In this document: one piece after another, positions 18,741-24,310 of the stretch | Numbering within the stretch: the first letter of the stretch is position 1 | Layout: every line of letters starts with the position of its first letter | Assembly (NCBI GenBank): GCA_963835065.1 | Contig: CAWIEK010000040.1 | Coordinates: 1-24,310, forward strand | Reading direction: 5' to 3' | DNA: 24,310 bases | Source: an uncultured Chthonomonadaceae bacterium | Lineage (GTDB): Bacteria > Armatimonadota > Chthonomonadetes > Chthonomonadales > Chthonomonadaceae | Notes under the pieces: generated by a model | Seen by the model: the letters and a program-made list of their open reading frames with translations, nothing else | Told to the model about the DNA's origin: nothing | The model's database searches: none | Position numbers and translations under genes: made by a program

Positions 18741-19409
18741 CTGACTTCTTCCCGGCCTCGGCAGCGGGCGCTGCTCCTCGCTTTCCAGACGCGCTTGCGA
18801 CAACGCGGACACGCTTTTGGAAAGGTAATCAATCATCTCCTGAAAACTCTGGTCCGCCAGGTCAATCGGCTCGCGGACGACCATTTGGCGCAGGCGGGCG
18901 ATGTCGGCTCCACGCACCCCGATGGCGAAAAACAACACGCTGCGCTTGGCTTCTTCCTCGGCAATGCGCCGAATTGCGCTTTCCGTCACGTGTTCCGGCT
19001 CGTCTTCGGGCTTACCGTCCGTAATCAGGAAGACATGCGGGCGGAAATAATCAATTTCCAGTTCGCGCAGGGCTTTCTTGTGCTTTTGCAGCAGGTCGAG
19101 CGCCTGATGAACCCCACTGCCCATGTGCGTATAGCCGCCCGTCGTTAGAACAGGCGGCACAAAGCGGCTGATAGGGACGAATTCCTGCGCCACCGTGACC
19201 TTACTATCAAAGGTGACGACAGCCACATCCACCCGTTTCGAGGCAACCGGGTCTTTGCGCAAATTTTCGTGCAGGGTGCGCAGGCCGGCGTTCAATTGGG
19301 CAATGGCGTTGCCGCGCATGGAGTCGGACGTGTCCAGCAGCAGGACGCACGGACAGCGCGGCTCCGGGTTGTTATAAAACTCAACCATGTCTTCCAGATT
19401 GGAGTTCAC
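18738..19409 (-). CDS. TerY/YegL-family vWA domain protein (223 aa)
   Basis: NPEPRCPCVLLLDTSDSM (MIDAS DxSxS), GYTHMG, YFRPHVFLITDGKP, FFAIGV. GTG 19409 follows AAAGGAGG. Confidence 0.92.
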   Translation of the reverse strand: MNSNLEDMVEFYNNPEPRCPCVLLLDTSDSMRGNAIAQLNAGLRTLHENLRKDPVASKRVDVAVVTFDSKVTVAQEFVPISRFVPPVLTTGGYTHMGSGVHQALDLLQKHKKALRELEIDYFRPHVFLITDGKPEDEPEHVTESAIRRIAEEEAKRSVLFFAIGVRGADIARLRQMVVREPIDLADQSFQEMIDYLSKSVSALSQARLESEEQRPLPRPGRSQ

Positions 19410-19434
19410 GCTTCCTCCTTTTACGTTAGTGATT

Positions 19435-20979
19435 TTACTCTGTTGCGCCTGCGGCTTTGAGCGCTTCAACAACGTCCGCGCTATGGTACTGAGTCGCCGC
19501 GTGGAGGGGCGTAACTCCCTTGTTGTTCTTCAAGTGAACATCCGCGCCCCGCGCAATCAGGAATTTGGCGATTTCAGGATGGCCCCATTGTATCGCCAGC
19601 AAGAGCGGCGTTGTGCCGTTGGAATCACGGGCGTTGATGTCCGCGCCTCGTTCCAGCAAAAACGTTGCGGCGGCGATGATCTTTTTGTTCTCTGCTTCGC
19701 GCCAATTGGTCACGGCGGACGCAGAATTGGTTTTAGGAAAGGCGCTTGGAAAAGCGAAAATCGCGCTATGCAGGGGCGTTTTGCCGTCCGCGTCATGCGC
19801 GTTGACGTCGGCGCCTTTTTCCAGCAGGGTTTTCATCAAATCCAGACTGCCCGCTGTCGCCGCTGCCGACAAATACCGTTGCTGCCAGATCGTTGTGCCG
19901 TTGATATCCGCGCCCTTTTCCACCAGAAGTTGCGCCATTTCCAGCGAACCCCACATAAAGGCGTCCGCCAGCAGGCTGTGTGTTGTAAAAAAGCCTTTGT
20001 TGACATCCGCCCCGCGTTCAATCAGCAGGCGGGCGGCGGCAACGTTATCCGCGCGAACGGCCACCGCAAGCGGCGAAAACAAACCCTCTCCTCCTGCCGC
20101 TGCACCTTTGTCCAGCAGGTCGCGCGCCAGCGCGAGGTTCTGCTGGACAATGGCAAAATTGAGCAACGCGGGTCCATCCGCGGAGCGAACATCGAGAACC
20201 GCGCCCTGCGTTTGCAGAGTTTGCACGATTGCCGCCTTGCCGCGATTGGCGGCGTAGCCCAATGCGGATAATCCGGCGTTGTCGCGCAGGCTGACATCGG
20301 CGCTGCGCTGAAGCAACAGGCGAACGGCATCCTGATTGGCGTTTTGCGCGGCGACCATCAGCGCGGTTTTGCCGTCCCGGTCCTGCGCGTTGATGTTCGC
20401 GCCCGCATCCAGCAGAAGATGCAGCGTGGAAGCGTTGCCGCTCCCACTCGGCTCCCACGTCAAGACGATCTGGCCGGACTGCGCATCTGTTGTCTTCACC
20501 GCGCCCAAACCAAGCAGATACTGCGCGGGTTCCGAGCGCAAGCCCTGTTCGTCGCGCAGGGAAAAGGTGAGATGCTCCCCCGAATATCCCAATCCGGTCT
20601 GATGCCCCATGTCGCTGATTTGCCGCAACTGCCGGGCGCGCTCATACACGCGCTCGAAGGAATTGGGATTGTAACCGGCGGCCAGCAGCAGCGCGGTTCG
20701 CCCCTGCCCATCGCGCGCATCCAGACGCGCGCCCCGCGCCAATGCCCCGCGTACGGCTTCCAGGTTGTCGAAGGCCGCGTTTGCCAGCAGCGACTCGTCG
20801 TGAACGCTCAAACCCTTCGCCACGCTCAAGCCGGGAAGCGGCGGCACGGACGAAGCCGCAGACTGCGCGTTCGCGCCCGGCGTCAGCAGGCAAAGACCGC
20901 CAAGCGCCAGCGCCATCCACAAGCGCGGCGTAGCGATGCCAAAACCAGAAGAAGTCTGTTGAGTCATGGGAACAGTCAC
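19435..20979 (-). CDS. Secreted ankyrin-repeat protein
   Basis: Signal peptide RLWMALALGGLCLLTPGANA. Many GAD(V/I)NA.D..G.T(P/A)L units. Start is GTG 20979 or ATG 20967. Confidence 0.92.
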   Translation of the reverse strand: MTVPMTQQTSSGFGIATPRLWMALALGGLCLLTPGANAQSAASSVPPLPGLSVAKGLSVHDESLLANAAFDNLEAVRGALARGARLDARDGQGRTALLLAAGYNPNSFERVYERARQLRQISDMGHQTGLGYSGEHLTFSLRDEQGLRSEPAQYLLGLGAVKTTDAQSGQIVLTWEPSGSGNASTLHLLLDAGANINAQDRDGKTALMVAAQNANQDAVRLLLQRSADVSLRDNAGLSALGYAANRGKAAIVQTLQTQGAVLDVRSADGPALLNFAIVQQNLALARDLLDKGAAAGGEGLFSPLAVAVRADNVAAARLLIERGADVNKGFFTTHSLLADAFMWGSLEMAQLLVEKGADINGTTIWQQRYLSAAATAGSLDLMKTLLEKGADVNAHDADGKTPLHSAIFAFPSAFPKTNSASAVTNWREAENKKIIAAATFLLERGADINARDSNGTTPLLLAIQWGHPEIAKFLIARGADVHLKNNKGVTPLHAATQYHSADVVEALKAAGATE

Positions 20980-21017
20980 TTTCTATTTTCCTATTTCCTA
21001 CTGCGCATTTTCGTGTT

Positions 21018-21530
21018 TCATGAGCGTATTTTCGTAAAGAACAACACCAAACCGTCATCCACCATTACGGGAACGCCGTAAGCAACCGGCTGCTCATGCG
21101 TCATCAATCCCCTGCCGTCCGGCACATACCCGCGCTGTACATACATTCGCTGCGCCGCGCCATAATCCTGCGTCATGCCCACTCCGATTCCAACAAATGA
21201 CGAACATTCAAAAATTCTGGCTTCCGCCTCATCCATCAGCGCGGTTCCAATGCCCATGCGCCGCACATCGGGCAGCACGTTGAAGTCCCGGATTTCGGGG
21301 ATACGCGCGTCCCGAAACGGCGGATAATCGGATTGCCAGACAATCGTGAGATACCCGGCAAAACGTTCCGCTACCCACGCGGTCAGCACGGTTCGCGCTC
21401 CGGCCTGCTGCTCGGCGAAATAACGCGCGTACTGCGCTTCGGGCTTGTTCCAGCCGATGGCGGCAAACGCGGCGGCAATCGGAGCAATATCGCGCGCTTC
21501 CAACAAGCGCAGGGTATACAAGGAAGTCAT
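21018..21530 (-). CDS. GNAT-family N-acetyltransferase
   Basis: EIRDFNVLPDVRRMGIGTALM (motif A) and DYGAAQRMYVQRGYVPDG. Confidence 0.93.
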   Translation of the reverse strand: MTSLYTLRLLEARDIAPIAAAFAAIGWNKPEAQYARYFAEQQAGARTVLTAWVAERFAGYLTIVWQSDYPPFRDARIPEIRDFNVLPDVRRMGIGTALMDEAEARIFECSSFVGIGVGMTQDYGAAQRMYVQRGYVPDGRGLMTHEQPVAYGVPVMVDDGLVLFFTKIRS

Positions 21531-21694
21531 GGCAGAAGTTCTCTCATGGATTTGCCTCGTGCGAAAGATATTGAGGGAATTACGTATTCTGCGCGAAGAT
21601 GCAGATTACCGCGTTGGACGAACGGTAAACACCCAATCGGCGCGAAACGCTTTGCTGATGGCTGATTCTGTCTTTACGCGATTGGAGAACAAAC

Positions 21695-21952
21695 ATGATT
21701 TCTGAAACACTGCCCCCACAGAAAGTCGCGGACCGAGTACGCCCTTACGTTGCCGGCAAGAAAGTCGGAATAATTTCGCTTTCGATGGATGAAACAGGCA
21801 TTCACCTGCGAAATGGCTATTGGCGCGTTCCGATTCGCCCGTCAGTAGAACCGCAGCCCCTCTTTCCCTACTATGAAGCGTTGGCCGACCTCGAAGACGA
21901 AATTCAGGATGGGGAGGACATCAAGGTCACGATTGCATCAGGCGACCCCTGA
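21695..21952 (+). CDS. Small acidic hypothetical protein (85 aa)
   Basis: GGAG RBS before ATG 21695. Globular-looking YWRVPIRP...YYEALADLEDEIQD. Confidence 0.7.
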   Translation: MISETLPPQKVADRVRPYVAGKKVGIISLSMDETGIHLRNGYWRVPIRPSVEPQPLFPYYEALADLEDEIQDGEDIKVTIASGDP

Positions 21953-22248
21953 GTGAAAACCTGACAGCCTGACCACAAACGTTCGGCTTTTCGCCTGACG
22001 AGAACGTCTCTGGACGCAACCTTCTCTGATGCGGGCACATACTTTTGCGTTGGAAAATAAAAGCGCAACCCACTTGCTTGTATTTACGTACTCCTGTCGT
22101 AGAACTTACTATTTTATGCGAAAACAGGGCGGTTTGTCGTATAGTCAACAACATGCGCGATACTGTAGAAGCAGGGTATAGCAGAATTTGAACTGAATAC
22201 AAAACTAAGAAGGCAAGACATTGATTGTATTGAGGAATAGGAGGAACG

Positions 22249-22780
22249 TTGGAGCGTCCGGCGCGAACACGAGAGCATTGGCTTGCCGACCTGAGTATCA
22301 ACCATGTCGAACGCTTCATTTTGCGGCAAGGTCACAGCGTACAACGTGTGCAGTTTGATTATGGCTATGACTTGTTTATGCAGACGTTCGACTATGGAGG
22401 AGATGCCGCGCGCAAACGAGGAACTTATGAGGGTGGCCTTGTGTACTTTCAATTCAAGGCGACTATAAACTCACGGTGCTGGAAGACGGCAGGACTATTG
22501 CCCTCCCCGTTGCCCGCAGGCATGTGGAGTTGTGGCGCACGGAAACAATGCCGGTGATCCTGATCATGTATGATATGGCGGCAGAGCGCGCGTACTGGCT
22601 ATACGTACAACATCATTTACGTACCACGCGCCAAACTTGGCCTGCGGCTCAAAAAGAAGTGTCGTTAAGAATGTCCATGAGCAATATCGTGGATGAGAAC
22701 GCCATAGAACAGTTCAGACAGTTTAAGGCAGAAGCCTTGCGGCAGATCGAAGAAGAAACCAATGTCGATCAATCATGTTG
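22249..22780 (+). CDS. DUF4365-like PD-(D/E)xK-fold protein; frameshift near 22465, end approximate
   Basis: AGGAGG before TTG 22249. REHWLADLSINHVER, DYGYDL, YFQFKAT, then in the next frame MPVILIMYD...AYWLYVQ. Confidence 0.75.
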
Positions 22781-23109
22781 CCCATCAGCCCGTCCCTCCG
22801 GACGCTTAAGTGAAATTCTGATCCGGCTTGGCTTTGTGCGCCGCGATACGGCAGAGTATATCGCCTTCAAAAATCCTGCATACGACGCGCTCATTGCCTT
22901 CCCTGTGATTCAACCGCAGACGCCTGTACGCCCCGGCCCTGTTGGCAGCGCAGGCAACCGTCACGGCGAGTGGTGTCACTACGAAAGTACCGTGGGGCGG
23001 ATTATCGCCAGTGGCGTAATGGAAGACGCGCGCAGTTTAGCCGGAAAACGGCAGTCGCGCAAAGCGAAGCAGCATAAGGGTGAGGAAGCGAGCGGGAATA
23101 CAAACATAA
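22762..23109 (+). CDS. HicA-like small protein, frameshifted; bounds approximate
   Basis: GRLSEILIRLGFVRRDTAEYIAFKNPAYDALIAFPVIQPQTPVRP, then in another frame LLAAQATVTASGV. Helix-GF-beta-beta-beta-helix pattern. Confidence 0.45.
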
Positions 23110-23149
23110 GCAGGCAAGCAAGACGCGGAATGTCTTTGCCTGCCTGCTT
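23108..23149. terminator. Hairpin between convergent genes
   Basis: AAGCAGGCAAGCAAGAC-GCGGAAT-GTCTTTGCCTGCCTGCTT. Confidence 0.6.
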
Positions 23150-23304
23150 CAGCCTATTTAACTTTGTTGTCGTTCTTACGCCGTAACGGGCTGGCGTTCT
23201 ACGGCTTTGCGGAAGGATAGGACGTTTTGCCTGCTCGATTTGTTCGGGTGTTGGCGCGGTCAACGCAAAGGCGATAAGTTCCTGACGCTTGCACTACCGT
23301 CATG

Positions 23305-23572
23305 CTACTTTCTCGGTACAAACCCGGCTGATAAAGCGTTCAGGCGTTTCACCTCCTGTTCTCGCTCGGCCTCTTGTTCTTCCGCTATATCTCGCATCAG
23401 CGATAAGCCTTCAAACCCCTCCCGAATACCTGTGTCTTCCGGGTAGCGCCTTAGCCATTCACGAAGAGCCTGAGCCGCAGCATCAATTTCGGCAAGCGCG
23501 CGGGCATCCAGAACTTGATTTACAAGGCATTCGCGTTCCGGCAAATGCAGAAAAGCGGACTTTTGATTTCAT
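23305..23572 (-). CDS. Small helical hypothetical protein; 5' frameshift likely
   Basis: ORF 23305..23544 (ERECLVNQVL...LREWLRRYPEDTGIREGFEGLSLM). AGGGG RBS and ATG at 23572 in a neighbouring frame. Confidence 0.6.
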
Positions 23573-23633
23573 GGCGTTAAATTCCCCTGTGGGCGGCGCG
23601 TTCGCAGCGCCGCATTGGCGGCTGAAAACTCCA

Positions 23634-24185
23634 TTATAAATTGGCGGCGCTCAGGAAGAACCTTTGCAAATGAGAGCCTAATGTCAGCAGCAGGGCAGAC
23701 CTGTCGCGGAGAGGAGTGTGTGACCAGCAGCAGGTAGAACTATTTCCCTGAGTTTTACCCACTCTCACGCGCAATTGTTCCAGTGCCGCAATGAAATTGT
23801 TGTAAGCATGGCCTTCGTCTACAGATTGAAAGAATTCTTCATCCACTTCGATTTGCAGCCGCGACAAAATACGGGCGCGAAACAGACGCTGCAATAGCTC
23901 GACAACGCCTTCTTCCCAACCCTGAAAGTCCTGATAATCGTCGCGCGCGTACCCTGCTGAAACGGTATGCAAAACTTCGTGAATGAGCGTTGACCAGCGT
24001 TCCAACTGCGTTGCCAAAAGCGCGTTGAGCAAAATGTCGCAACGAAACGGCTTTTTGCCCTTGAAATCAGCATTTTCAACCAGTTCAACCTTACCACTCC
24101 AGCGTGATTGCAGAGATGTTAAATCTTCCACAATATCAACGATACGGCGTACTTCCTCGGTAACTTGCGTGTGTAGGCTCTCCAT
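23634..24185 (-). CDS. HEXXH (zincin/gluzincin-like) hypothetical protein; C-terminus possibly frameshifted
   Basis: STLIHEVLH followed by GWEEGVVE. ATG 24185 lies 6 nt after TACACT (24192-24197). Confidence 0.7.
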   Translation of the reverse strand: MESLHTQVTEEVRRIVDIVEDLTSLQSRWSGKVELVENADFKGKKPFRCDILLNALLATQLERWSTLIHEVLHTVSAGYARDDYQDFQGWEEGVVELLQRLFRARILSRLQIEVDEEFFQSVDEGHAYNNFIAALEQLRVRVGKTQGNSSTCCWSHTPLRDRSALLLTLGSHLQRFFLSAANL

Positions 24186-24237
24186 ACTTATAGTGTAACA
24201 CATTGCCAATCGTTCAAACAACACTCATACAGAAACA

Positions 24238-24266
24238 GGGGCAGAGCGCGTATTGCACTCTGCCCC
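24238..24266 (-). terminator. Terminator-like hairpin for an upstream minus-strand gene outside the window
   Basis: GGGGCAGAG / CTCTGCCCC stem, followed on the minus strand by TGTTTCT. Confidence 0.55.
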
Positions 24267-24310
24267 CGCGACTACCCTTACTAGATAATTGTTTATGCCG
24301 TAACGGTCTG

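Noticed and set aside
19409..19472. Longer vWA start overlapping the ankyrin gene
   Set aside because: GTG 19409 has a strong AAAGGAGG SD and gives a typical TerY N-terminus.
22476..23186. Single 236-aa fusion protein
   Set aside because: Looks like a chimera of the DUF4365-like C-half, the next small gene and read-through across a hairpin, caused by indels.

Overview
Bacterial DNA, moderately GC-rich, mostly coded on the minus strand. The gene repertoire and repeat style suggest Armatimonadota or a similar lineage (inference only). The sequence looks like an unpolished long read or noisy assembly: many genes carry single-base frameshifts, and one contains a 133-nt poly-T/poly-A insert. Content in order: a PIN/VapC-type toxin-antitoxin pair, an orphan NarL-family regulator behind a small Cys-rich ORF, a two-subunit IorAB-type molybdo-oxidoreductase, a small overlapping gene pair, a receiver-only protein, tsaD, a beta-rich two-repeat protein, a class III cyclase-STAND ATPase-TPR protein, rimI, a large secreted MGH1/GH63-like glycoside hydrolase, a GNAT-ankyrin-TerY(vWA)-kinase cluster, a DUF4365 plus HicA-like pair, and an HEXXH protein with small helical partners. 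Two observations stand out. First, 7/8/9-mer tandem-repeat modules recur, generally with a purine-rich arm before a pyrimidine/AC-rich arm on the transcribed strand. They sit inside three unrelated coding regions, supply stop codons, and replace Shine-Dalgarno regions. Second, a TerY-P-like locus has a perfect 29-bp palindromic repeat element where the phosphatase gene normally lies, and its kinase appears fused to TM-WD40-FKBP. No rRNA, tRNA, CRISPR array or transposase was seen.
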